This document shows positions 49,731 through 62,220 of a stretch of DNA of 64,000 nt, in pieces. A model generated the notes under the pieces. The model ran no database searches, was not told the origin of the DNA, and saw only the letters and a program-made list of their open reading frames with translations. The translations under genes and the position numbers were made by a program. Source of the DNA: Harriotta raleighana (lineage: Eukaryota); the NCBI GenBank assembly GCA_050575255.1, contig JBNZDD010013714.1, positions 8,553,851 to 8,617,850 on the forward strand, written 5' to 3'. Numbering within the stretch: the first letter of the stretch is position 1; each line of letters opens with the position of its first letter.

Positions 49731-52019
49731 ATCTTTCTTATTATTGTTTAGTGGAATCATATCCCTCAATTTTTAGTGTGTTGGCGAGAGAAAAACTGTT
49801 CTGCAATAAAGACTTGTTTTTGTTTTTCTGAGGTTGCTTCGTTCCATGGTTACTAAACACTTTGATTCACACAAAAGCTCTGAATATATTATATTCGTCC
49901 TCTTGCATTCTCCTTCCTATGTCTCTTTGTTGTCGCAATTGTCTGCTATCAGAATGAACACTTCACTCACAAAATGTTGCTGCTATTCATTACTGTAGCT
50001 AAAGGAGCTAAAGTGTGCAAAAGGTATTTAACCCTCCTTTAATTGTAACTCATAGTGAGTGTGTATAGTAGTGGTATTTAATGTAGGAAATGGTTGGTTG
50101 GCTTATTTTAGTCAGGTGTGCCCCTTAATAGTTGATTTTAATTGGTGTTTTAATCATTGTGTGCCGATGGATTACACCTTTGTTTAATTAACTGCGGAAA
50201 ATGGGAGTTTGCGGTAATTACACCAGAAGTAAGGTTAACCTCGGAATAGCCATACTACTGTCAGCCATAAATGGGAAATAACATTACCACAGGATAGTTG
50301 TATGCATACAGTTTAAATATTCTGTGTAAATGTTCATCTCTAGCCACGAATAGTCTGCAGTAAAAGCTGGTATCATTTTTATTTCCTGCTGTCCAACATT
50401 ATGTTTTGCTATCGGATGAAAGTACATATAAATTGACGCTTAGATGAACTGGGGTTCTGGGATGCTCGTGGCTTACAAGAATAGTTCCTTACCAAATCCA
50501 GAGTGTCTAAAAGTAACACTGCCAACCTGTTTTGTGTTCTCTTTAGTACTTTTCAAATTCCATTACGTGAAACGGAACAGAACATTTAACTATTTTGTTA
50601 GTTCATAATTAAACTAAGTCATTCCTTAGGTAATGTCAGCTCGATGACTTTGTTAGCCTGAAAGCACTGTCCTCCACTCTCATCTTGAAGGGCATTTCTA
50701 TTGATTAGGATCTCCATGCTTGCAGACATTGAATTCAATCCTTATTTGTCAAGGTTTATGTGCGCACATTAAGTACAGTAAACTAACCACCAATGATAAC
50801 TGAAAGATTCACATTTAAGGACTAGAGCCAAGTAGACAGTAGAGCAGATATGATGGGAGACAGACTAGGTAGACCGCAGGTCAGTTGAATAAACTAAATA
50901 GCATGGATTAAAAGCTAAAGACATGCAGAATTTAACATAGTCCAGTGAGGAACGTATATTACACAAACTGGGTACTGTTCAATAATGGAGACCCCAAAAT
51001 ATATAACAAGCCAAGTGTATTCATAGTGACCTCACTATGTTTAAGTCATAGTTGCAGAATTGAATAATTGCATTAAAATAATTGTCAGAAAGTTATATGT
51101 TCCTTGAAGAGATACTTGCAGAAGATCTCGCTGACAAATCTGCTTACTAAATAAAATCTGGCTCTAAATAAAGTTTGGAAAAATTATGTTGAAAATCTTG
51201 GTACTGTTCCAGATGTTGCGAGCAACAATAATACAGAAGTCTCAGAAATGGTGCAGCTGACCTCTCTTTGTTACAGATGGCAACGGAGATAAATACTTTC
51301 CCAAACAAATTTCCAGCCATCTGATTTGCTTATTTTCCAGCTAATGCTCGAAAGAAATGAAATCACAAATTTAGATAGTTCCTGTGCCTTTTATAAAAAG
51401 AAAGATAGCAATCTCCAATTATAAAGCACAATACTGGAAATCTTAGATTAAATCTCACTGTAAAACTCCAAGGTGGTCTCTTTGCTTGTGGATATAGATT
51501 CTGCAGCTGGATACTTCCTTAAGTAAGTGATTAGGTATATTATATGTAGCTCCCGCAGGGATTTGATTGTTTTAATGTAAAGTGATATTCAAACACATTT
51601 GGTTTTCAGGGCTGATTTTGATTCTCTCAAACTTGGTTGCTCCAAGTCCAAATAATGAAACTGAAAGTTGGCAAAAAGTTTCAGAATCACACAGCCAACC
51701 GTAACTGCCCCAAATTCATCCTCCCTCCAAATCACCCTGAAACAATACTAGCAAAGGAACTGAAAAATAAATGAGTTGCCTATGGGTACTTAAGAGGGCA
51801 AAAATGTTGTCTCTTCTGTTTTGCTTTTTCTCCTAGCAGTACTGGAAAGAAAACAAGAGTAGACCAGAGTATCACGCCTAAGCGAAAGTATCAGTGCTGC
51901 TCACTAGGTCTGAGCAGAATTACCAATTATTTCATGTCAGATTGAAGGCACAACAAGGCAATTGTCATCGTACATAATATTTTCTACGTGTGGGTAAGAA
52001 ATAGGTGCATGATGTATAT

Positions 52020-52261
52020 GAATGCCCCCAACTTCTGGAACACCATCCTGCTGTTCCTCCTCCTCACCCTCTCCCTGGCCTCCTTCAAGTCCTGGCTCAA
52101 GACCCTCCTCTTCAACTGTCCCAATGGTCATCCCAAATCCTCCCCTTTCCCTCCACTCTCCCTGTCCCCAGCTCGGGTGTGAAATAATGACTGTCCAACA
52201 GCTTGGGACATTCTCCTGACTTGAAAGGTGCTAAACAAGTGTAATTATGTTGTTGTTGTTG
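52020..52261 (+). mobile_element. L2 3' fragment
   Basis: APNFWNTI...SLASFKSWLKTLLF, then CAGCTTGGGACATTCTCCTGACTTGAAAGGTGCT...(TTG)n. Homologous to 32405-32669. Confidence 0.88.
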
Positions 52262-53656
52262 AAGGAATTGTAGCATTGTTTCCCTTTGGCGAGTTATGTC
52301 ATAGCATATTCAGATGGGGAGAGCTCTGTGTCCTTTTGCTAAACAAACCATCTATTTTTGTTACTGCCACTTGTAACATCATCTATATCTTGATTCCGGA
52401 TCTCACACCTCAATACTTCATCATTTATGTTGTCTGGAGCAAGTGTTTCACGTGCAAAATGACCCAGCCTTATAATGGGACAGCATGCTTTATTTACATT
52501 GATTAAATAAATGGGGAGAATAATATCTCCTGTATTTACCTATACTTTGAGTTTCATAAAAGCATAAACTGTGATTGGCACCATACATCTTTACCCTCAT
52601 CATAGACTTTTTTCTTTCAATCTGTTGACTTGCATACAAAGCTGAAAAATAGTAATTGGATTGGAAGGTGTCTGCTGCAAGCCGTTTAGGAACAAAAGAA
52701 ATTAGTCAGTTTTAAAGAGACAAAAACTTCTACGGCAGGGATAAAGTCTCCAACCTTGAAGAACATGGTTACTTTTACTGCAAGATCATTGAATTAGACT
52801 TTCTTCTCTGTCCTCGACCGTCCACTTTTGAATGGACCGAATAAGGTATCATTCAATTTTGTGTGGTTATTGAGTCTGCATAAGGACTTGGCTGAGATTT
52901 GAACTGGAGTCAGGTGAAATCCAACGATTGCTGTTGGCCATGAGTTTCTGACAAAGATTCTTACTGATGTAATTTTGATCTCAACTTGTCCCATAAAATA
53001 TGTCTCCTTTCCTGTATGTGCAGTATTTGTACAGTAAACACTTTCCATATTGCCCCAATGTTGATACTGTTTTCTTTTGATGTCTTCCTTTCCTATCATG
53101 TATTCCATCCGTCATCACATTTTCTCCTTGAAAACCGCACATTCCTCATCTAACAGAAGCAAATCGGAGCCCCCTCCACACCCCAGGCAAAACATTGCCA
53201 TGCCAACACAGCAAGGAAAGATCTATGAAGTTCCATTTGGTGGATTCATTGAAAGATATTTAACTGTTATTAAAAATAATCCGTGCTAAAATGATTCTTT
53301 AATCAGACTACAACAAGCGGTATTTATTTAATTATTTAGAAGATGAAATTGTGAAAATTAAATGGATTTTGCTTCAATGAAAGTGGAAGAATCTATTCAG
53401 TGCTAACAGTTTGGCAATTTTATTGCTCCTTATTCTAATAATTACATGAAAGGGTTCAGAAGAGTGAGCTGAAAGCAAAAAATAATCATAGTTTGTTTGA
53501 ATAAGCAAGTGTTCATATAGTTTTGGTCACTTAAATGGGTAACAAGTGGCTTTAAACTGCATAGTAAAGTAAGAAAAGAAAACAAATAACAATCTTAATT
53601 TCTTCCAGTGGATAAGTGGAATAGAAGAAGAGCGACATGAATTATTGAGAGTTTGT

Positions 53657-54018
53657 GGAAACCTGTAGCTCAGTAGAGCACTCACCTCAGAAGTGAGAGA
53701 CTTGGGTTTGATTCCTGGCAGGATGAAACATTAGGCAAGTTTCCTTACTCCACATGCCTCTGCTTACCTAACAGTAAGTAGGAATCTGCTTGTTAGTCGA
53801 TTGGTGGGTCACTTTTCCAGGGGCGGTAATTCCTTCAAAAATAAATAAATAATAAATTGGTCAATTCAGTCCATGATTGTGGGACATTGCTATGCACAAT
53901 TGGCTGCTGCATTTCACCCACAAAATATACAGTCAACTTTACATTGTATTCTGTGAAGCATGTTGAGACGTCTAGAAGATGTGAAAAGTTCTATATCAAA
54001 GGCAAGGACTATTATTAT
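53657..54018 (+). mobile_element. Longer, more diverged variant of the young SINE
   Basis: Same head, CORE-like block and tail, plus an extra ~67 bp (53760-53826) absent from the four young full-length copies. Confidence 0.88.
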
Positions 54019-54489
54019 GGTAGAATATAGGGTGGAAGAAAAGGAATGGGTATAAGGAAATAGCATGATAGAGGAACTCGGGGAGGTAGAAGAAGTGGTA
54101 AGGTTAGTTGAGATGATGACATGAGAGGCAGCTGCAAAGAAGGTGATAGTGAGGCATAAAACGTGATACACATAGTGACTTGTTGGCGATCAAATGCACT
54201 TTATATCAACCCACAGGAATTCATCTCAAGTATGATCTATTTAGGAACCTAGGAAAATAGGAACTTGAGAAGGCTGTTCAGCCCATTTATTACAGTTTGG
54301 CAGAACTTTTAATTTTTAAAAAAAAACTTTGCCTTACTCCTAATTTCCTCCCTGATGTGCAATAAAATACCTTGGAGACAAAAAGGTGAGAAAAACTGCA
54401 TCCACTCCAACTTGCATTGATAGACACTGCATTAAGTTCTGGGACATGCTAAATGAACCATAAATGTAATTTTGTTGTTGTTGTTGATA

Positions 54490-55200
54490 AAGTGTGAAGT
54501 GCCCTTCACACAACATAATGTCTCAGAGTGCTACACAAATGACAGTCAGAGCCTGAGGAAGGGGTAGAACGGGTAATTAGTCATAGGTGCAGTCAAATCG
54601 GTAGATTTCTTAGATATATTTAAAGACAGAGAAGGGAAGAGAAGGAGAGGGAGAGGGAAGGGTTACGGAGGTTAGAAGTACAGCAGCTGAAGGCTCAGCC
54701 ACCAATAGTGGCAAAAAGGGGCAGGAGCTATGCAGCAAATCTGAGTTAGCCAAAAGAAGGGAAAAAGCAGAGCAGATAGATATCACAGAGATAGGGAGGT
54801 GTTGGGTTATTAATGACTTTAATGGTGAGGATGATGTCATTGAAATTGATCCATTGGGGGACACAGAGATAGTGGAGAGGACTGAGTTTGGTGGAGTCGA
54901 GGATGTGGGCAGTGAAAATTTGGATAACTGGCGTTTACAAATGATGAAACTGAGAATAGCAAAGAATGAAGTAGAAAGATTGGCGGGAGGGTGTAACAAA
55001 GGGATAAATAAAGGTTCCTTAGCAAAAAAAAAAGTAGAGTTGGGGAACAAAACGGAGATGAAGAAGAGCAATCACAATCAGGGACTGAATATAAGGGAGG
55101 GAAGGGAGTTGAGGATTGAACTGAACAATGGTACAACAAAAGAAGAGAGAATTGATTTGGAAGGTCTAATAGAAAAGGGTATTGTGATCATTTAATGTGG
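54490..55200 (-). mobile_element. Old L2 ORF2/3' fragment, tail-to-tail with a + strand L2 tail (54460-54486)
   Basis: Purine-rich on +. Reverse reading gives VPQWINF...ILTIKVINNPTPPYLCDI. ATAAATGTAATTTTG(TTG)n lies at 54460-54486. Confidence 0.7.
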
Positions 55201-55341
55201 TAACTGGGGAATCATCCACAGCAGATGAGCTTGGCTTCTGCTCAATGAGTGTCATGAAAACCCTGTTGAAGAATTGGGGAAATTATGCTTAGGCAAAGTA
55301 GAAATTGGAAACAATACCTTGTAAAGCGCTTCATAGAACTC

Positions 55342-55600
55342 AGGTACTCATTGAACCTGTTCTAAAAGCACCTACCAGCTTCTCTAGATGGCTGGGAATT
55401 GTTTTCACAACAGTAAATGACATTGCTGGAAACGTGTGAGAATTTATGAGCGTTATGGAAAGAGCCTGAGGTGTCCTTTATGCTGGTCCTGGGGGAGAGC
55501 AATTTACATATGAAACAGCAGCCATAAAGGTGTTTGCTCATAGGTTAAATGAGCAATGCATTTCTAAAAGCACATTGCCTACATTAGGTCTCGGAACACG
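55342..55600 (+). repeat. Local duplication copy 1 (self-complementary core 55414-55563)
   Basis: Colinear similarity to 56919-57180, e.g. TAAATGACATTGCT, ATGGAAAGAGCC.GAGGTG, CATATGAAACAGCAG, ATAGGTTA. Confidence 0.85.
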
Positions 55601-55805
55601 TACCATGTACATTTGGACAACCAATGTGACTTATTTATTCCACTACTGTAATAAAGGATACATTATGTACAAGTAGATTATTTGAAAATATACATGTTAA
55701 TGTTTTAGTTACTTTAGAATCTAGTAACAAAGTTAGTACTATCAATTGAATCTGTATTCAACAGATACTAGCTGGAATCAACTGTGTGCACTTCTAAGTT
55801 ACTTT

Positions 55806-55953
55806 ATTAATAATAATCCTTGCATTTGATATAGTGGCTGATCACGTCGCTGAAACACTCAAAACACTTCACAGAATATAATGTGAAATGGATTGACTGT
55901 GTATTTTGTAGATGAAACCCCGCAGCCAATTGTACACAGCAGTGCCCCACAAA
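55806..55953 (-). mobile_element. SINE 3' half
   Basis: TAATAATAATCCTTGCATTTGATATAG...GCAGCCAATTGTACACAGCAGTGCCCCACAA. Confidence 0.85.
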
Positions 55954-56918
55954 ATGTTTTGCAGATCGTGAGCTTCATATTCTTATTCCCATTGAAGATC
56001 ATTTCTGAACTGTTGGAATTTTTCAAGTGACTGTACTGAAAATTATCTAACAAAGATAGTCTCTTATATCAAAGAGATCTTAGTTTTTTTGGGCGGTGCA
56101 TTCAAACCAAGCTGCTTTTGAAGCTGACCCGCTTTATTGCCTTAGCTCAATGCTCATATCTCGGATCTTGGATCATTCAACCAGGGTATCTTCAGACATT
56201 TTTGTCACTGGGCTGCCAATCTGCTATTCTGTCAGGTATACATTTATCAGATGTCAAGTCGACTTGAACAAAGAAAGGTCACAAAAACTGTTCTTAAAAT
56301 CTTTTGTTGCAAGATTGACATGTCAAATCCATCAATTGTTCAAAAAAGATGAAGAATCCCAATGTACTTTATTTTCAGATTGTGCTATCAGTATTGCCCT
56401 GATTTTAATATTTGGTTCCTTTGAACTTGGTGAGTATAATACGTTTGTATTTGCACTGCCCCACCCTCAATCACTTACAAGCTGTTTCAGTGTTTCACAT
56501 TAACATTTTCAATTGGCTCGAGCAATCTCAGTTGGCTGACTGCTCGTGTTAGGAATGCTCTAACACATTGCGTCCTAAATGCCCATTACTCTTCAAATGG
56601 CCAGCTTCTTATATCACCATGAGAAGTTGCCAATAGAGGACAATACTTCCCCACAGGAAGAAGAAAAAACAGCAGGAGGATCTTAAAGTGACAGATCTTA
56701 GTTAACTTTCCACTTCACTTGCTCTGAGGACTCTAGCATAGACTTACGCATTATTTAATTAATTTATCTTGCCGGAAAAAGGGAACAGAGGTGTGGTCGT
56801 GAATCTCAATTCTGGCAATTGTGTCACAGCTGGAGAAATGCATTGACCATCAAGTTTATCAAGTGCTTCAGGTATAGGGGAAGAGAGTCACAAATGGCCC
56901 CTGTGTGATATTATTGTC

Positions 56919-57180
56919 TGTACCATTGAGCTCACCTAATGTAGATGGTTGGTATATTTTTGTACTACATTAAATGACATTGCTCAAAAAGTATGAGAAT
57001 GTATGAGTGATATGGAAAGAGCCCGAGGTGCCTTTTATGTTTATCCCTGGGGAGACTCATTTGCATATGAAACAGCAGGCATGAAGGTGTGTGCTTATAG
57101 GTTAGAAATTCAATAAACCAGAGACACACTCAAAAGCTCTATACAGCATAGATGCTGCATTAAGTTCTAGGACATGCCAA
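56919..57180 (+). repeat. Local duplication copy 2 (offset 1557 bp); contains octamer ATTTGCAT at 57059-57066
   Basis: See copy 1. In addition, 57148-57177 matches 54420-54449 at 27 of 30 nt. Confidence 0.85.
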
Positions 57181-57814
57181 CTAAACTGTAGTGTGAGGGT
57201 CTGATCAAATAAGCTGAAGAGTAATATCTGCCATTCAATGTTCTACAATATTAGGATATGTGTTAATTACTAACAAGGATATTCCTTCCAGCTTGGGGGA
57301 TCCTGCAGCACAAAAATTGGATAGATCGATCATGAGGAGTGTTGAGGGGACATCAGGGATACAAGTCACCCGAACTTTAAGCTGTCCAAGATGAAAAATA
57401 CTTAGTAAAAACTACAGAATTTATATTTTCTTTCCCCAAAAGATTTGCCGTGTGCACCCACAATTGTCTGAATCATTAGAAACAACAAAATTTCAAATAT
57501 CCTTTAAACTAGTTTGGAATTTTCCGTTTTGACGTTTTGCCTTTGATTTCTTGGTCTTCAGGACTTTACTATGCTTTACTTAATTGACGTGCCTTTTTAA
57601 TGAAAAAGAACAAAAATGATGGGTGTTTGATACAAGGATGATGGAATGTTGCTCTTATTCTTCCTCAAGGAGATGGTAGTTACAATGTCAATATGAAAAT
57701 ACAAAGATATTGTACATGCTAAATGGTGGCATTTTTATTTCTTGGAAGACATCTGCCTAAATATCATGTTTTGCCAACTTTGGTATGTTCACTGCTTTGG
57801 AATATATTATATTG

Positions 57815-57978
57815 CAGGCTGTCTGTGTGACATTGCCATGTGCAAACTGGCTGCTGTGTTTCATCCTTAAAATACAGGGTCAATCTACTTTAGAGTATAT
57901 CCTATGAAATGCTTTGAGATGCTTCAACGACATGATAAAGTGCTACATCAAATGCAAAGTTAATTATTATTATTATAA
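57815..57978 (+). mobile_element. SINE 3' half (diverged)
   Basis: GACATTGCCATGTGCAAACTGGCTGCTG...GTGCTACATCAAATGCAAAG(TTA)n. Confidence 0.8.
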
Positions 57979-58386
57979 TACTCTTGGAAGCATGTGCATA
58001 TTGCTTTCCTGTGAATTTTTCAAATGCAAAGGCGTGCAAATATGTATCCAATAATTTTTTGAGATGCTGATTATGAAATAATAGTGCAAACAACATTTGT
58101 TCTACAAAATTAAAAGTATATCCTCTGTGGTTCAGATTTGATCACTGAAGCCCCAGAGAGAGATCTTTGGAAGGAGAATTATATTCTCTTTTGTTCCGTT
58201 AAGCACTATTTCCTTTGCAAAGTTGATATTGGTTTCAGCAAATGAGTAGGACAGAAAAGCCATAGAGAGGATAAAAAACATACAAATCTTAACTTTGGAG
58301 GATCCTTATTTGATTTGAGCTCCCAACACTTCTTGAAACTCCTTTAGCTCTGCCACTTCACATTGTTCTATTTCTATTTTTTATTT

Positions 58387-58446
58387 CTTGGAACGTCCTC
58401 CTGACGTGAAAGGCGCTCTATAAAAGTAATTTTGTTGTTGTTGTTG
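58387..58446 (+). mobile_element. L2 3' tail only
   Basis: CTTGGAACGTCCTCCTGACGTGAAAGGCGCTCTATAAAAGTAATTTTG(TTG)n. Confidence 0.88.
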
Positions 58447-61299
58447 CTATTTCTAGAGGGAGGATGATTACTCTTGTAGCATTATTTGCCTAGTATTTAC
58501 TGTTGGGTTGTAGTAGAAAAGTAGAATAAAATCTAATTTCATCAAAATATCAGTTGGGAAGCCAAACCACAAAAAGAATGGAGTTTAGTTGGCTCCATGT
58601 TGTTACCATGCAAAAATATTGATATTGAATTCCTGTTCCATGTTCAAGTTACAATCCCGCTGAGTTTTGCAACGGTTTACCAAATGGAGCTTTATAAACG
58701 GCTTCCAACTGAGTTATTTAATGGAGTCACAATTTTCTTGATTGTAAATTAGGAATTGACAGTAACTAACCCTACAACATGTTTTTCTCATTCTTTCCTC
58801 TTTATGTCAATTGTATGAAATACACTTTGCTTGTTGTAACTAAAGATTGTGTTTCAAGCAATTAGCAGGCAATATTGGAATGGTTTCCATTCATTCTGCT
58901 ATTGCTACACCATGGTTCCATTTTCTGGTAGTTTAGCACCAAGTTTATATTTTCCTACTCAACTATAGATAAACTCATTCACTGTTTTGTGGCAGTATAT
59001 GTTTGACTCCAATGTATGGTATATTTTAAATGGGAATTTTTTACCCTCTAGATCAGATTAGAGGATATACCTTCCATGTGGCAGTACATTCGTTACACTT
59101 TGGATTTCCCAATTCAAATTTATTCCGTAGTTCATCATTGCTACAATACTTGAGAGGTATTGTAGTTAGTCTGCCTAGTAAAATCAAAAGGATTTTCTCC
59201 CTCCCTCTTTATTACCATCAAGACAGTCAAATTGTTCACTGATTGCATTCAGCTCTAATATCTAATTGGACTTTGGAAATGCTTTTACAACTTTCTTGCC
59301 TGAGTATCTTTCATCACCATCAGTTATTCGTTAATATGTTTAGCAAATATTGGTACATTTGACATAGTCTTGTCCATCAAATATCATTGTACTGTATACT
59401 GACACATTTATATTTAACCAGTGAAGACTGACAGAGGGCTGGTTGCCAATGGATATAATAGTTATGTAAACGGAAGACATGACTGATTAACATATATTGT
59501 GGAAGTCATACGTGTGTAGTAACACTAGAGTATAGAATAGTATAAATATTTATGCCAAGGTCACAGTCCTTTCCATTTATTTCACTGCTCAAGTTCTGGT
59601 CTGTACAATAAAATGTTGGAATAGTGCTTTCACTTAAAATCAAATGATATAAACACAAATGAGAGACTTGGCAAGCAGGATTACTTGTGTGCTCTGGTGT
59701 GATGTGGTTGGGTTGATCTGCTCAGGCAAAGTTTATATTAATTCACTGGGACAAGGTTATGTTGTGGGTATCTGAAAGGCTTTTATGAACTTGTAAGAAA
59801 AACTTTTTTAGACAGACAACACATCTACTGTATTCTGATAGCAACAGGAATGAGTAAAAGTGAGAATCGTGAGGATGAAGATGTTTTGTGAAGAAATTAA
59901 AGAGATTGTAGAATAGAAATTAAACATGTTTTTACAAAACAGAACATAATTGTATGAACATTATTATGCATCATGAAGGCACTAATGAATATCAATGTTT
60001 TGATGGGATTCATACCAACACTTTCAATATTTGAACTGCAAAATTATATCTAACAAGTGTTATGTGATGACTCTAGAGATCAGAACCAAGGTGTAAAAAT
60101 ATTTAATTGAAGGAATATTATTTAGATTTTTAAGTGCACTAGAGTATTTTTAATCAGTAGGAACATAATTTGCTATAACCTGAACTATTCTGTTTAACTA
60201 TTAGAAAAACAATAACCCTTTGAGTGTAATAAAAGCATTTATATTGAAAATCAACGCTTTGGTATAGATGATCAAATCTGTTCTCAGCATTTCCCAGATT
60301 GTCATTGTCATAAAAGTCTGTTTTTGTATTACAAACATGCTTATTTCATTTGATGTCATTTGCCACAAACAAACAATCCAGGTCTGTCATTGAAATTATT
60401 TTCTTCTGCCTGAAAATTTAGTTTCTGTTTTAGAAAATTTGACATTGACCCTTCTCTTTAAAAATTTTACATTATTTTAAATTAGTCGCTTGAAATTAGC
60501 CATAATTTGGAGTAAAGTTATTTTACTATTGTCTAAGCCACCATCCATTTTTGTTGCTATTAGGCACAGGTTGGGAAGTGGCTAACAGCCTAATCTGTTT
60601 AAAGCTGTATATAATCATCTGTTAAATCTATTTGCAAAGCAATATATCTTTAAATGCACAATGTATGTATTGTGAACCACAATTTCCACATTCCAAGTAC
60701 AGTACAGTAGTTAGAATTTGCACTAGAATAATAGAGTAGAACTGATTCCCTGTGTTTAAAGTTTTTGCAACGTAAGATAAATATTCCCACAGTGAGATTT
60801 TTTTAAAGTTAAATCTCAGTCATGTACATGTGAAAAATAAAAGCTTTATCACTGAAGAGAATTTATCTTTCTGAATCATTGAGGAAGAAAAAGATATTGG
60901 ATGAAAGTTTAGAATGCAATGTATAATCTGACCGAACCAGACTGTGCACTGATTTAATCTTGACACCGCTATAAAAAATGACACATTTATTGTCTGCAAT
61001 ATGTATTCATCAATTCTGTACATATTTATGTTGTGCCAAAAAAAATCACATTTTTAAAACTGTTCTGTGCTCACGGAAATAAATGTCACTTTTGCCAAAG
61101 AATATAAAATATAACATTTCTGTCCAGTCGCCATTCAGAAATAATATGAGCCTGCTCCAGTTGGAGGCATGGCTAGCATTATTTCAGTAGCACGAGTCCT
61201 GTCTCAGAACACATCCTTTATAGTGGCTATAGTTACAGGGTTGTGCTAACATATATTATTTACCCTAGTCCAGGAGCCAAAGACTACTGAAGGAGTACA

Positions 61300-61440
61300 C
61301 GAGAACATAAGAATTTGCTAGGTGAAAGAAGACCAAGGTGCATACAGTTCACTATCTTCCACTATAATATGTTATGTCCTAAAATATGTTATATCCTGAG
61401 ATATTATTTCCTAACAGAAATCTATCTAATTCCTGAAACT
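61300..61440 (-). mobile_element. CR1-type 3' tail remnant
   Basis: GAACATAAGAATTTGCTAGGTGAAAGAAGACCAAGG resembles a reverse CR1 terminus. Confidence 0.45.
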
Positions 61441-61659
61441 ATCTCCTGCAGAGTAGGAAGGATTTGGAGCGAAGGGGCATAATGCTGTATGAGGTGCAGA
61501 ATGTTGTTTGTGCTACTAAACTGCTCAAGGTCATTGCTCCTCTTGTTTGATGTGGATTAGGAGGCTGCTCAGTGTAGAGGAAAGCAATGTGGCTGATTCC
61601 CACCGTTAGGGCAACCAGTTCTTAAGAACAGCTAGACCAGCAGGGGCTCTTCAGCTTTT

Positions 61660-61870
61660 AGAGAGGTACATAAGATGTTAAATGGGATTGAGCAAATAAA
61701 CCCAAAGCAATACTTCAAGGTACATCCAGGCAGTGGGACAAGAGGTCATGAATTCAATAAGTTCAGAGTGATAATGACAATTTTAAGACTGACACAAGGA
61801 AGTACTTCTTTACACAGAGGTTGTCCAACAGCTGAAAGTGGTTACCTTGAAGGATGGTTGAGGCCATAAC
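61660..61870 (+). mobile_element. CR1 ORF2 C-terminal fragment
   Basis: EVHKMLNGIEQINPKQYFKVHPGSGTRGHEF, then after a frameshift FKTDTRKYFFTQR. Confidence 0.85.
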
Positions 61871-61904
61871 ATTGACGGTGTTGTGTGTTCCATCAGAAAG
61901 TCTG

Positions 61905-62220
61905 TCCCCACCCTACAACACCAGAGTCAGTACAATTCTGGAACATGAATTGTGTTTCATTTTTTCGTATATGTGTGGTTGACTGAATGTGCAGATCTCA
62001 AGCTCATGCACTGGCCTCTCCGGTCCTGGCTATTGCCCTATTCTGAAGAAAAATCCTCACTTGCTTATCTCATACGTAGCCACCATTCAGTATCTCCCCA
62101 CAGTGTGGGGACTGAGATAAGCAGCTCAGCAGACTGTCAGAGAACAGGTATGAATCCATACTCCACCACTCCCTGGTGTCATGCATTGCAGCTCCATTGC
62201 TCTGCCCCTCCAGGCGCATT
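61905..62220 (-). mobile_element. Possible ancient LF-SINE-like relic
   Basis: GACTGAGATAAGCAGCTCAGCAGAC...GGTATGAATCC resembles a reversed tRNA-SINE head and body; strongly diverged. Confidence 0.35.

Noticed and set aside
51837-51907. Possible exon after a strong polypyrimidine/AG acceptor
   Set aside because: Weak donor (GTCTGA), 71 nt, unrecognised peptide and no partner exons.
54610-55195. Overlapping 100-153 aa ORFs
   Set aside because: By-products of purine/pyrimidine strand bias in a decayed L2.
55342-57180. LTR pair of a retroelement
   Set aside because: No TG...CA ends, primer-binding site, polypurine tract or internal gag/pol remnants, and a third partial unit exists.
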